A stretch of DNA of 64,000 bases from contig DATJQI010000054.1 in assembly GCA_035505915.1 (NCBI GenBank), positions 93,854 through 157,853 of the forward strand, in the 5' to 3' direction. The stretch's first letter is position 1, and the number at the start of each line of letters is the position of its first letter. The stretch comes from Gemmatimonadales bacterium. Lineage in GTDB: Bacteria; Gemmatimonadota; Gemmatimonadetes; Gemmatimonadales; GWC2-71-9. The translations under genes were made by a program, and so were the position numbers. This document shows positions 1-11,505 of the stretch, piece after piece. The notes beneath the pieces are model-generated. The model ran no database searches, was not told where the DNA came from, and worked only from the letters and a program-made list of their open reading frames with translations.

Positions 1-2
1 GC

Positions 3-566
3 GCCGGCCTGGTGGGGCGGGTGACCTACTTCGACCAGCGCTTCCGCGACCTCATCGACTACGTCGCCACGCCGCCCGCCGGATCTCCGAACTACGCCAA
101 CGTTCCCGAGGCCTACGCCCGGGGAATCGAGGCCGGGCTCCGGGTGCGCGTGGCGGCCTGGGCCACGATTTCCGCGACGTACACGTATCTCCGGACCGGC
201 GTCACGCGTGGCGACACGGGGAGCACGGCCGAGTTCCGCACCGGCGAGCCGCTCATCCGCCGTCCCACCCATTCCGCGACGCTCGGCGCGACCGCCGGTC
301 TCCCCGGCGGGGGCAGCGCGGGCCTCCAGATGTCGTATGTGGGCCGCCGGGAGGACATCGATTTCACCGCGGGCCGGGTGTCGCTCCCGCCGTACGGCCG
401 CGTCGATCTCTCGGCCCAGTATCCCCTTTCACGGGTGGTCCCGGGTTTCACCCTGGATGCCCGCGTGGAGAACGCGCTCGGCGCCCGTTACGACGAGGTC
501 CTCGGCTTCCCCGCGCGGGGCCGCACCATAGTTTTCGGAGGCTCCTGGACCGTCGGTTCACCCTGA
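3..566 (+). CDS. TonB-dependent outer-membrane receptor, C-terminal fragment (5' end outside window)
   Basis: Frame is open to the window edge. The translation (..FRDLIDYV..YANVPEAYARGIEAGLRV..GRTIVFGGSWTV) shows BtuB/FepA-type C-terminal beta-barrel strands. Confidence 0.7.
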   Translation, partial: AGLVGRVTYFDQRFRDLIDYVATPPAGSPNYANVPEAYARGIEAGLRVRVAAWATISATYTYLRTGVTRGDTGSTAEFRTGEPLIRRPTHSATLGATAGLPGGGSAGLQMSYVGRREDIDFTAGRVSLPPYGRVDLSAQYPLSRVVPGFTLDARVENALGARYDEVLGFPARGRTIVFGGSWTVGSP

Positions 567-572
567 CCGGGG

Positions 573-1616
573 ATGGCGATGCGGGGAGGGACATTCTGGC
601 TGGCGGTGGCACTCGCGCCCGGGTTCGTCGCGTGCTCGGATGCGTTGGAGCGATCCACGCCGGTGGGCCAGGAGATCGTGGTCCTGAACGCCCAGAGCCC
701 ATCCCTGACGCTGGTGAACGCGGGTGACTTCACCGTCACGGCGCTCGGGCTCCTCACGCCGGCGCCGGCCGCCCTGACCGTCGCCGGAAACGACCAGACG
801 GTGCTCGTTCCCTCGGGAACCGGTGACGCGGTGCAGGTGCTCACCCTTGGCGCCGCGGGCCGGTCCACGTCCCTCGCCGCCGGCTCCGGCGCCACGGGCG
901 TCGCCTTCCAGAACGACACCCTCGCCTGGATCGCCAATCCGGGCCTTGCCACCGTCACCCAGATCAACGTCATCACCGGCGACACCATCCGGAGCCTCGC
1001 GGTCGGGCCGCGACCGGTGGCGGTCGCGGTGGTCGGCGGGATGGTGTTCGCGGTGAACAGCAACGCGAACGGCGCCACCGTGCTGGGGCCGAGCACGCTG
1101 ACGGGGTGGAAGACCGACGGCTCGGGCACCCCCGACACGGTGACCCTGACGGGGGTCGACGCCCACTACGTCGTCGTCGGCGACGACAGTCTGCTCTACG
1201 TCATCGAGCGCGGTGACAGCGGGAAGGCCGATGGGCGCTTGTCGGTGGTCGATCCGGTCGCGGGGCGGGAGGACGTCGTCATCAACGGCCTGGGGGAACG
1301 CCCGGGCGCCGGCGTGTTCCACCATTCGGGACGGCTCCTGGTCGCCTCCGCCGCGGAGGGGATCCTCGAGATCAATGCGCTCACCCGCACGGTGACCCGC
1401 GGCCCCGGCGCCGGCGTCAAGCCGGAAGGGAAGGGCCTTGTCGCGTTGTCGCTCGACAACCGGGGCCGGATCTACGCGGTCAACGACGGCGGCTGCGGGG
1501 CCTCGCCGGGGACCTTGTATGTGCTCGCCCCGCCACCCGACTACACGGTCGTGACCACCGTCGCGACGGGTCTCTGCCCGGTGGCCTCCACGGTCGCGGA
1601 GATGCCGCCGCAGTAG
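573..1616 (+). CDS. Lipoprotein with repeated beta-propeller-like (YVTN-type) segments
   Basis: ATG start. Lipobox-like signal MAMRGGTFWLAVALAPGFVAC. Recurring ..G..P.GVA.. segments. Lies directly downstream of the TonB receptor. Confidence 0.55.
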   Translation: MAMRGGTFWLAVALAPGFVACSDALERSTPVGQEIVVLNAQSPSLTLVNAGDFTVTALGLLTPAPAALTVAGNDQTVLVPSGTGDAVQVLTLGAAGRSTSLAAGSGATGVAFQNDTLAWIANPGLATVTQINVITGDTIRSLAVGPRPVAVAVVGGMVFAVNSNANGATVLGPSTLTGWKTDGSGTPDTVTLTGVDAHYVVVGDDSLLYVIERGDSGKADGRLSVVDPVAGREDVVINGLGERPGAGVFHHSGRLLVASAAEGILEINALTRTVTRGPGAGVKPEGKGLVALSLDNRGRIYAVNDGGCGASPGTLYVLAPPPDYTVVTTVATGLCPVASTVAEMPPQ

Positions 1617-1625
1617 CTTTCCCGC

Positions 1626-2396
1626 ATGGCTCTGGTCACCACGCCGGCGATCGTCCTCCAGACCTACCGCTACAGCGAAACCTCCAAGGTGGTTCGCCTC
1701 GCCACCCGGGAGCTCGGGGTGCAGAGCGCCATCGCGAAGGGCGTAATGCGCCCGAAGAGCCGCTTCGGCGCGGGCCTCGAGATTCTGGGGGAAGGGACCG
1801 CCCAGCTCTATTACCGCGAGACCCGGGATCTCCAGACGCTGGGGGAATTCGAGCTGGAGATTCTGCGGCACGACCTGGCCCGGGATCTGGGCCGGTTCGC
1901 GGGGGCGACGGCGCTGGCCGAGCTGATGCTGAAGGCGGCTCCGCCTGCCGCCCTGCCGGCCGCGTACGACACCCTGATCGCCGGGCTCGATGCGCTCGTC
2001 TCCGCTCCCGCGGCCGACGTCGACGCCGCGGCGATCCGGGCGCTGTGGCGACTCCTCGCGGTGCTCGGATTCGAGCCCGCGATCGTCTCCTGCGTCCGGG
2101 ACGGCACGCCCCTCGAGCCGCACCCGTCCGCTCCGGTGCCGTTTTCGGCGTCCGAGGGGGGGGCGTTCTGCCCCGCCTGTGCCCCCGCCAATCCGCCGAC
2201 GCGTCTGCCGCCCGGGGCCTACGAAGACCTGGTGGCGCTTGGCGCCCGCGACGGGGCTCTGCCCGTCCTGGACACGGCGCACGCCGCGGCGCACCGGCGC
2301 CTCGTGGTCCGGTTCGCCCGGTACCATCTGAGCGAGCCCGCATCCTTGCCGGCCCTCGACTTCTGGGAGCGCCGCCCGTGGTCCGCCACGTCGTAA
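1626..2396 (+). CDS. recO: DNA repair protein RecO
   Basis: N-terminus TPAIVLQTYRYSETSKVVRLATRELGVQSAIAKG..RFGAGLE is typical of RecO, and the 256-aa length fits. Confidence 0.85.
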   Translation: MALVTTPAIVLQTYRYSETSKVVRLATRELGVQSAIAKGVMRPKSRFGAGLEILGEGTAQLYYRETRDLQTLGEFELEILRHDLARDLGRFAGATALAELMLKAAPPAALPAAYDTLIAGLDALVSAPAADVDAAAIRALWRLLAVLGFEPAIVSCVRDGTPLEPHPSAPVPFSASEGGAFCPACAPANPPTRLPPGAYEDLVALGARDGALPVLDTAHAAAHRRLVVRFARYHLSEPASLPALDFWERRPWSATS

Positions 2397-4270
2397 TCGG
2401 CACCGCGGGGCACATCGACCACGGGAAGACCGCTCTCGTGAAGGCCCTCACCGGGGTGGATACGGACCGGTGGGCTGAAGAGCAGCGGCGCGGCATCACC
2501 ATCGACCTCGGCTTCGCCCCGTTGCCGCTCGATGCCGAGACCCAGGTGAGCGTGGTGGACGTCCCCGGACACGAGGGCTTTGTCCGAAACATGCTCGCCG
2601 GCGCCACGGGGATCGACGCCGCCCTCTTGATCATCGCGGCTGACGAGGGGCTCATGCCCCAGACCGAGGAACACCTCGCGATTCTGGAGCTCCTCGGGAT
2701 TCGCCGCGGCGTTCCAGTCCTCACCAAGTCCGATCTCGTCGACGCCGAGTGGCTGGCCGCCCTCACCCCCGAGATCACCGAACGGCTCGGTCACAGCCCG
2801 ATCCGGTGGGAAGCTCCGATCGCCACGTCGGCGGTCACCGGGGCGGGGCTCGGCGAGCTGCGGGCGGCGATCGGTCGGATGGCGCGGGACGTGGCCGACC
2901 GGCCGGACGCCGATCTGTTCCGGCTTCCCATCGACCGCGTCTTCACCCTCACCGGCGCCGGAACCGTGGTGACCGGATCCGTCTGGAGCGGCGGCGTGGG
3001 AGAGGGAGACGTCGTGCGAATCCTCCCGCTCGAGCGTGAGGTCCGGGTCAGATCCATCGAAGCCCACGGCGCGGCCGTGCCGCGCGCGGTCCCGGGGCGT
3101 CGCACCGCGCTCGCGCTGGTCGGCGTCGATCACGCCGAGGTGTCCCGGGGACACGTGGTGGTGACGGGCGACGGGTGGCGGGGGACCCACCGGATGGACG
3201 TCGCGGTGGAGATGCTCGCGTCGTTCGGACGACCGCTCACCGCGCGGGCGCGGGTCCGCGTCCATCTGGGCACCGCGGAGGTTCTGGCGCGCGTCACGCC
3301 GGCTGAGCCCGTTGCGCCGGGCGCCCGCGGAGTGGCCCGGCTCGCGCTGGAGGGTCCACTGGTGGCGCGCGGGGGAGACCGCTTCGTGCTGCGCAGTTAC
3401 TCGCCGGTGACCACGATCGGCGGCGGCACCGTCATCGACCCCTTTCCCCCCGACGCCCCCCGGCGGCTCCGGCAGCGCCGCCTGTCGCTCGACGCGGACG
3501 CGGCCGCCCGTCTGGGCGGTTGGGTCCGCGAGTCGGGGTTGCTGGGGATTCTGGTTCGCGACCTTGCCGTGCGGCTGGGCATCGTCCCTGGTGAGGCGGC
3601 GGACGTCATCGCGCAGACGGGGAAAGGCGTACTTCGAGCAGGGGATCGGCTCGTCGGCCGGTCGGCGGCGGCGCAGGCGGCCGAGCATCTGCGGGACGCG
3701 CTGGACGGGCACCACTCGTCCCACCCCCTCGATCCCGGGATGTCCCTGCAGGCGCTGCGCGCCGGAATCGACGGGGGGAGCGACGAAGTGCGGGATCTGG
3801 TGCTCGACCTCGCGGCGCGGAAGGGATTACTGGAGATCGAGGGCGGCATCGTCCGGCGGCCGGGATGGCGCGCGGCGGTGGCGGCGCGGGCCGACGGCGA
3901 CGGCGAGCGCATCGCGGCGCATCTCACCGCCGCCGAGTGGCGCGTGCCGACGGTGGAAGAGCTGGAGGGAGTGTTTCCGGGTCTCCCCCTGCGGGCGTTG
4001 CTCGCGCACCTCTCGCGTGCGGGAGGTGTAGTACAGGTCGACCAGAATCGGTTTGCGGCGCCCGGGGCGCTCGAGCGCTTCCAGCGGGCCCTCGAGGAGG
4101 TGATCCGCGAAGTCGGGCCGGTGACGCCGGCGGTCTTGCGGGACCGGTTGGGGCTGACCCGTAAGTACTTGATCCCGCTCCTGGAGTGGGCCGACCGGCG
4201 GGGGGTCACCAGGCGGGTAGGGGACGCCCGGGTCTTGACCGGCTTGACACCCCGGGAAAAGGCCACCTAA
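2378..4270 (+). CDS. selB: Selenocysteine-specific translation elongation factor SelB
   Basis: GTG at 2378 is in frame with track ORF 2045..4270. G-domain GTAGHIDHGKTALVKALTGVDTDRWAEEQRRGITIDLGFA. C-terminal winged-helix tail ..LGLTRKYLIPLLEWADRRGVTRRVGDARVL. The upstream Arg/Pro-rich extension overlaps recO and was rejected. Confidence 0.85.
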   Translation: MVRHVVIGTAGHIDHGKTALVKALTGVDTDRWAEEQRRGITIDLGFAPLPLDAETQVSVVDVPGHEGFVRNMLAGATGIDAALLIIAADEGLMPQTEEHLAILELLGIRRGVPVLTKSDLVDAEWLAALTPEITERLGHSPIRWEAPIATSAVTGAGLGELRAAIGRMARDVADRPDADLFRLPIDRVFTLTGAGTVVTGSVWSGGVGEGDVVRILPLEREVRVRSIEAHGAAVPRAVPGRRTALALVGVDHAEVSRGHVVVTGDGWRGTHRMDVAVEMLASFGRPLTARARVRVHLGTAEVLARVTPAEPVAPGARGVARLALEGPLVARGGDRFVLRSYSPVTTIGGGTVIDPFPPDAPRRLRQRRLSLDADAAARLGGWVRESGLLGILVRDLAVRLGIVPGEAADVIAQTGKGVLRAGDRLVGRSAAAQAAEHLRDALDGHHSSHPLDPGMSLQALRAGIDGGSDEVRDLVLDLAARKGLLEIEGGIVRRPGWRAAVAARADGDGERIAAHLTAAEWRVPTVEELEGVFPGLPLRALLAHLSRAGGVVQVDQNRFAAPGALERFQRALEEVIREVGPVTPAVLRDRLGLTRKYLIPLLEWADRRGVTRRVGDARVLTGLTPREKAT

Positions 4271-4368
4271 GTTCTTTCGTAGCTGCGGATTGAAGCTCGC
4301 ATCGTGAAGAATCACGTCACCCAAAGGAGCAGGGTCTAACGCGCCTTCCTTGTTCGACAGGAGCCTCG

Positions 4369-4794
4369 ATGAAGCGGTACGCCTGGGCAGTGTTGGGGCT
4401 CGGGCTGTGGGCTGTTCCGGTGGTCCGGGCCAGGGGGCAAGCGCCGCCCCGACCCACAGTAGAGCTGCGGCAGAATTACCCGAACCCGTTCAATCCTGCG
4501 ACCACGATCCCCTTCGTACTCAGCGGGGATATGTTCGCGAACGGTCACCGGCCGACGGTTTCGCTGAAGATCTACAACGTGCTCGCCCAGCTGGTCGCGA
4601 TCCCGATTCTTCAGGGTCCCGGTCAGCCACTCGACGGGCTGCAGGTGGACTGCGCCAATCCGTCCGGGTGTTCGTTCTCGGCGTATTGGGACGGGAACGT
4701 GCGAGGAGGCCAACAGGCCTCCTCGGGCGTGTATATCTACCAGCTGGTGGTGGACGGCCAGCGATTTACCAAGAAGATGATCATCATGAAGTGA
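4369..4794 (+). CDS. Small secreted protein made only of a signal peptide plus a T9SS type-A / FlgD-Ig-like C-terminal sorting domain
   Basis: Signal peptide MKRYAWAVLGLGLWAVPVVRARG, then LRQNYPNPFNPATTIPFVL...SGVYIYQLVVDGQRFTKKMIIMK, which matches the Por_Secre_tail/FlgD_ig signature. A hairpin terminator follows. Confidence 0.75.
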   Translation: MKRYAWAVLGLGLWAVPVVRARGQAPPRPTVELRQNYPNPFNPATTIPFVLSGDMFANGHRPTVSLKIYNVLAQLVAIPILQGPGQPLDGLQVDCANPSGCSFSAYWDGNVRGGQQASSGVYIYQLVVDGQRFTKKMIIMK

Positions 4795-4815
4795 ACGGCG
4801 GGCCGGCCCGTCGAC

Positions 4816-4854
4816 GGGGTGCGGATCTGCGGATCCGCACCCCGTTTCGTTTTC
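4816..4854. terminator. Bidirectional intrinsic terminator between convergent genes
   Basis: Stem ggggtgcggatc / gatccgcacccc (12 bp, 4-nt loop) followed by gtttcgtttt. It sits between the stop at 4794 (+) and the stop at 4858 (-). Confidence 0.7.
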
Positions 4855-4857
4855 GGC

Positions 4858-6813
4858 TCAGGGGCCCCGCTTCAGCACGACGTACTTCACGTCGTCGGTG
4901 CCGATCCGCTTGAGCCAGTCGAGCAGGTCGGCGATCCGGTCCGGAGGCTGCACGCCGGGGGCGCCCACGAGCCGCCGCGTGATCCGCAGCACCCGCCCAT
5001 CCTGCCGGTATTCGGCCGTGTAGCGGCCGAACACGCTCGAGGCGTCGACACTCGACGGCAGCTGGGCCGCCCACCCCGCGGGCAGGGTGACCTCGAGGGT
5101 CGACGATTCCTCGTGCGGAGCGCCGACGCTGCCCCAGAAATCGATCGGGAAGCGCCGGGGACCACGGGCCGCGAGGTCCGTGACCAGGTTGGGGGTCGCG
5201 TAGTCGTGCAGCGGCAGCGTGAGGATGTCGGTGGCGCCCGATTGCGACGCGGGGTGCCCGCCGTGGAACGTCACCGCCACGTAGGGGCGCGCGCTCCAGT
5301 CCCGGCCGTCGAAGGTCTGCAGGGAATCGGACACGGCGTCCGGCACCACCTCCGCCGCGATGCGTTGGGCCAGCCGGGCCCGATCGCTGTCGTCGATCTC
5401 GTTCGAGAACGCGTTGCGCAGGCCGTACTGGCGGGTCCCGGTCTGCAGCTCCGAATAGCGCCCCTGCAGGGATCCGTCCGGCGAGAGCTCGCCCACCAGC
5501 AAGTCGTCGTCCCGGTTCGCGCCGATGGAATCCTTGGGGAAGGTCACCTGCTCGGCCGTGCCGTCGGGACGCACCAGCAGTCCGAACTGACCCTGCTCGG
5601 CGGGAGGGAGCGAGCCGTAGGGCGTGAGGTCACTCGTGAGATCGACGAAGAGATAGCCACCCCAGGGCCGCTGCACGGCGGCGATCATGTGATCGAAGGC
5701 GCTGATCGTCGGCACCGAGCGGTCGACGCCGCCACCCGCGGAGAGCAGGACCGGAAAGGCCCGGAGTCCGAGATGACGGGCGACGGCCACGAACAGCGTC
5801 GCCTTGTCCTTGCAGTCGCCGTACTTGGTGGTCAGAACGTCCGCGGGGAAGCGCGGTCGGTAGCCCCCGATGCCGAGCGAGAGCGAGACGTAACGGAAGT
5901 CCTGCGCCACCCAGCGGGCGGCGTCCCGCAGCGTATCGTCCTCGGTCCTGGCCCCGTCCAGCTGGGTCTTCAGGGCCGAGTCCACCGCCGGAGTCAGGGT
6001 GAAGCGGTCCCGGGACAGCTTCGCGTACCACTGCGCGATGTCGTTCCAGGTCAGCGGGGCCGCGACCTCGATGGTCTGCACGACGCCGTTGGAGTCGGCC
6101 ATGAACGGCTCGGCGTCCCAGGGCTGGACTTCGGCCGTCGCCCAGGTGTAGACGGCCCGGCCGTTGGCGCGGGTCACCGTGCGCGCGAACGTCAGATTCC
6201 GCTCTTTGATCGTGGGCTGCATATCGGCGGGAAGATCGACCAGGTAGCGGGACCGCCGCACCAGGCGTCCCGTGGTCACCCGCCAATTGTTGCGGAAGTC
6301 CCCCGGCATCACGGGGGCGGTCGTTTCGATGGTATAGCTGTAATCGACGATCGTGTTGGGCGCGACCCCGCCCAGCGACACGCGGCGCTCCCGGACATCC
6401 GAATAGACCGGAGCCTCCTGGGCCACGGGCGCAATCCCCTCCTGCTCGTGGACCGGCTTGTCGCTGATGATCTTGCCGTCCGGCGAGAGCACGCGCAGCC
6501 AGTTGATGGTGAGCCGCTCCCGGCTCGAGTCGTAATCGAACGATTGCTCCCCGAAGCGTTCGGCGGCCTCGCGCGTGAACACCTGGACCACCTGGCGGTA
6601 GGTGCGCGACCCGGTGCCGTCGTGATTGTACCGGACCACCCCGTCGTCCAGCAGCAGCACGTAGTCCTGGCCCTTGTACGCGGCCGGATCGACCGCCAGG
6701 CGGTAGATCGAGTCGTCTTTGACCGAGGGATCGCCGGCCGGGGTGATGTGGGGGGCCTGTGCGGCGAGGGGCACCGCGAACGCCAAACTGAGGAAGGGAA
6801 GCAATCGAGCCAC
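4858..6813 (-). CDS. Secreted DUF3857-like / transglutaminase-like cysteine protease-fold protein
   Basis: GTG start. Signal peptide MARLLPFLSLAFAVPLAAQA. Transglutaminase core YGDCKDKATLFVAVARHLGLRAFPVLL...FDHMIAAV. Confidence 0.7.
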   Translation of the reverse strand: MARLLPFLSLAFAVPLAAQAPHITPAGDPSVKDDSIYRLAVDPAAYKGQDYVLLLDDGVVRYNHDGTGSRTYRQVVQVFTREAAERFGEQSFDYDSSRERLTINWLRVLSPDGKIISDKPVHEQEGIAPVAQEAPVYSDVRERRVSLGGVAPNTIVDYSYTIETTAPVMPGDFRNNWRVTTGRLVRRSRYLVDLPADMQPTIKERNLTFARTVTRANGRAVYTWATAEVQPWDAEPFMADSNGVVQTIEVAAPLTWNDIAQWYAKLSRDRFTLTPAVDSALKTQLDGARTEDDTLRDAARWVAQDFRYVSLSLGIGGYRPRFPADVLTTKYGDCKDKATLFVAVARHLGLRAFPVLLSAGGGVDRSVPTISAFDHMIAAVQRPWGGYLFVDLTSDLTPYGSLPPAEQGQFGLLVRPDGTAEQVTFPKDSIGANRDDDLLVGELSPDGSLQGRYSELQTGTRQYGLRNAFSNEIDDSDRARLAQRIAAEVVPDAVSDSLQTFDGRDWSARPYVAVTFHGGHPASQSGATDILTLPLHDYATPNLVTDLAARGPRRFPIDFWGSVGAPHEESSTLEVTLPAGWAAQLPSSVDASSVFGRYTAEYRQDGRVLRITRRLVGAPGVQPPDRIADLLDWLKRIGTDDVKYVVLKRGP

Positions 6814-6956
6814 GACGGGATACTCCGAATGAGAGGTCTTTCGAATAATACGCCGAAGAGGCCCAAGTCATTCCAAGGCCTGAAGAAGCCGTTTTGACTT
6901 ACCCCCTGCCCATCTGACACCTTTCTTCGGGTACGGAGGTTGCCCAGACACTAGGC

Positions 6957-9549
<2,593 letters not shown>

Positions 9550-9566
<17 letters not shown>

Positions 9567-10005
9567 CCGGCGCGGGATGAATCACGCGATCGATTGGGCG
9601 CGGCTCGCCCAGTCGATTGACGAAGTCCCGGTCGGCGCGGCGGTCCTGAAGGACGGACAGCTGGTGGCCGGCGCGCATAACGAGACCGCAGGGCTGAAGG
9701 ATCCGACCGCGCACGCCGAGCTGCTCGCCGTGCAGCGATCGCTCCGGATGCTCGACGCGGACCGCTTGACCGGCTGTACGTTGTACGTGACCCTCGAGCC
9801 CTGCGCGCAGTGCGCGGGCGCCATCGTGCTGGCCAAGGTCGACCGGGTGGTCTTCGGGGCGTACGACGACAAGGCGGGGATGGCGGGGTCCGTGGAAGAC
9901 CTCCTCCGCCATCCCCGCCTGAATCATCGTCCCGAGGTCATCGGCGGAGTGGACGCCGAGACCTGCGGGGCGCTCTTGAAGGGATTCTTCGCCTCGCGGC
10001 GCTAG
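9550..10005 (+). CDS. tadA: tRNA-specific adenosine deaminase TadA
   Basis: Deaminase zinc motifs HAELLAV and PCAQCAGAI. The start is uncertain: 9550 overlaps clpB by 17 nt, and ATG 9577 is an alternative. Confidence 0.85.
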
Positions 10006-10235
10006 GGCTTCGGCGCCGCGCGGCTTTCGATCCGCTCGATCAGCTTCACCACCTCGTCCCGCAGGCGCTTCAGCGCCGGCAGCACTTTGGGCTCGAGCTC
10101 CCGCTCGAGGTCCTTGCCTTCGTCCAGAATGTCCTGCAGGAGCCCCCGGAAACGGTCTCCCAGCTCGCGCCAGGTGGGCGTGGGCTCGACTTCGTGCACG
10201 TCGGTATTGGGTGCCTTGGTGGGCAGGGTGTTCAT
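10002..10235 (-). CDS. Small acidic helical protein, unknown function
   Basis: ATG preceded by a perfect SD (aaggagg, 5-nt spacer). 77 aa with helical heptad-like sequence. Same orientation as kynA-kynU and lies downstream of them. Confidence 0.6.
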   Translation of the reverse strand: MNTLPTKAPNTDVHEVEPTPTWRELGDRFRGLLQDILDEGKDLERELEPKVLPALKRLRDEVVKLIERIESRAAPKP

Positions 10236-10341
10236 CGTGCCTCCTTGTTACCGACCTGACGCCGCCGGGGGACCGGGAGTTTCGCGGGGTGTGCCGCCGG
10301 CCTCTCGCTACCCCGGGCGCGCGCCCGGGGTTCGCGTAGCG

Positions 10342-11505
10342 CTAAGCGCGGACGGCCTCCGGGATCTTGTCGATGGCTTGGTCGAGCTGATCGTCGGTGA
10401 CATACGGTGCGGGGCCGAGCCGGAGGAGGTCGTGGCGGGCGTCCGTGAAGATGCCGTGAGCGCGCAAGGCGCGGGTGATGGCGCCCGCGGCAGGCGCGCG
10501 GAGCGCCAGAAATCCCGCGATGCCGTCGAGGCGCGGTGCGTACCGGGTGATGGTCTTGGGGTCGAGCCCGAGCGCGTCGAACCCCTGGGCGAGCCGGGCG
10601 ACCTGGCGTTGATTCAGCTCCCGCAGGCGCTCGGGCGTGAGCTGCTGGTCCGTGAAGAACTGGAACACCCGGGCGGCGCGATAGTGACTGGTCGGATCGT
10701 AGGTGGAGCCCGCGAACCGCGCCGGGCCCGATCCGTACGTCACGGTTCCCGCCGTCTTCGCCTCCAGCATCTCGAACTCGCTGTACCACCCCGTGATCAC
10801 CGGGCGCATGGTACAGTCGGCGGGGAACCGGAGAAAGCAGTTCCCCTCACCCAGCTGGCAGTACTTGTATCCGCCCCCCAGAACGTAGGCGGCGGTCAGC
10901 CCGTTCGTGGGGAGGGAGAACGGAACGGCGTTCAGCGCGTGATAGGCGTCGATCAACACTTCGGCGCCGACGCGCCGGCAGGCCCCGGCCAGTTCCGCCA
11001 GTCCCGGAACGATCTCCGCGGTCTCGAAGAGCACGGCCGATACGAGGACCGCGGCGGTGCCCGCCGTGGCCTCACCGATCAGGCGTTCCGTCAGGGTCGC
11101 GACGGGGTGGGCGGGCACGTGGACCACCGCGATGCCCTCTTCTCCCAGGCGGTCGAGCTGGCGGCGCAGGGAGTGGAACTCCGCGTCCGTCGTGACCAGG
11201 CGGGGGCGCGTCCGCAGCGGCAGGCCGGAAAGGAAGCGAATCAAGAGGTCGTGGGTGCTCGCCCCCAGGGCGATCCGGTCCGGGTCGTCGGCCAGGAGGC
11301 GGGCGAACCCCTCCCGCACGGCGCGCGCCTGCGCGAACGCGCGCTCCCACTTCTCGTCGACCAGTTCGGCGGCGTCGGCCCACGCCCGCGCCTGGCCCTC
11401 GAAGCCCGCGTCGGGCCAGGCCTGGTGCGAGTGCCCCGTCAGGAGGACCCGTTCGGTGACCCGGAAGCGGGCGTAGTGCGGGGCCAGGGCCGCGGGATCG
11501 ATCAC
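10342..11505 (-). CDS. kynU: Kynureninase-like class-V-fold PLP enzyme
   Basis: GTG at 11505 overlaps the kynA stop (GTGA). The GGGYKYCQLGEG motif (PLP-lysine region) and ITGWYSEF resemble kynureninase GCTYKYLNGGPG / LSGWFGH. The longer track ORF (to 11928) runs inside kynA and was rejected. Confidence 0.65.
   Translation of the reverse strand: MIDPAALAPHYARFRVTERVLLTGHSHQAWPDAGFEGQARAWADAAELVDEKWERAFAQARAVREGFARLLADDPDRIALGASTHDLLIRFLSGLPLRTRPRLVTTDAEFHSLRRQLDRLGEEGIAVVHVPAHPVATLTERLIGEATAGTAAVLVSAVLFETAEIVPGLAELAGACRRVGAEVLIDAYHALNAVPFSLPTNGLTAAYVLGGGYKYCQLGEGNCFLRFPADCTMRPVITGWYSEFEMLEAKTAGTVTYGSGPARFAGSTYDPTSHYRAARVFQFFTDQQLTPERLRELNQRQVARLAQGFDALGLDPKTITRYAPRLDGIAGFLALRAPAAGAITRALRAHGIFTDARHDLLRLGPAPYVTDDQLDQAIDKIPEAVRA

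Noticed and set aside
558-2327. 589-aa minus-strand ORF spanning the lipoprotein and recO
   Set aside because: It overlaps two plus-strand genes with recognisable features. Its product is Arg/Gly-rich and it has no start context.
2045-2377. N-terminal extensions suggested by the ORF track (selB from 2045, ACMR-type gene to 16250, kinase to 56762, creatininase-fold gene to 21357, and others)
   Set aside because: The extensions overlap the preceding gene by hundreds of nt, are Arg/Pro/Gly-rich, and an in-frame GTG or ATG sits exactly at a 4-nt stop overlap where the homologous sequence begins.
4819-6897. 692-aa plus-strand ORF opposite the transglutaminase-like gene
   Set aside because: The minus-strand frame has a signal peptide and the transglutaminase Cys/His/Asp core. 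The plus frame is a low-complexity Arg/Gly/Val product.
6879-6915. Sigma-32-type heat-shock promoter upstream of clpB (CCTGAAG ... CCCCCTG / CCCATCT)
   Set aside because: Matches to CTTGAA and CCCCATNT are partial and the spacings (16 or 9 nt) do not fit the 13-15 nt consensus. TTGACT at 6894 has no acceptable -10.
10311-10330. Perfect 20-nt palindrome ccccgggcgcgcgcccgggg downstream of kynU, considered as an intrinsic terminator
   Set aside because: There is no U-tract on either strand, and the small gene downstream has its own strong SD, so read-through is likely. It may still form a hairpin, but a terminator call is unsupported.
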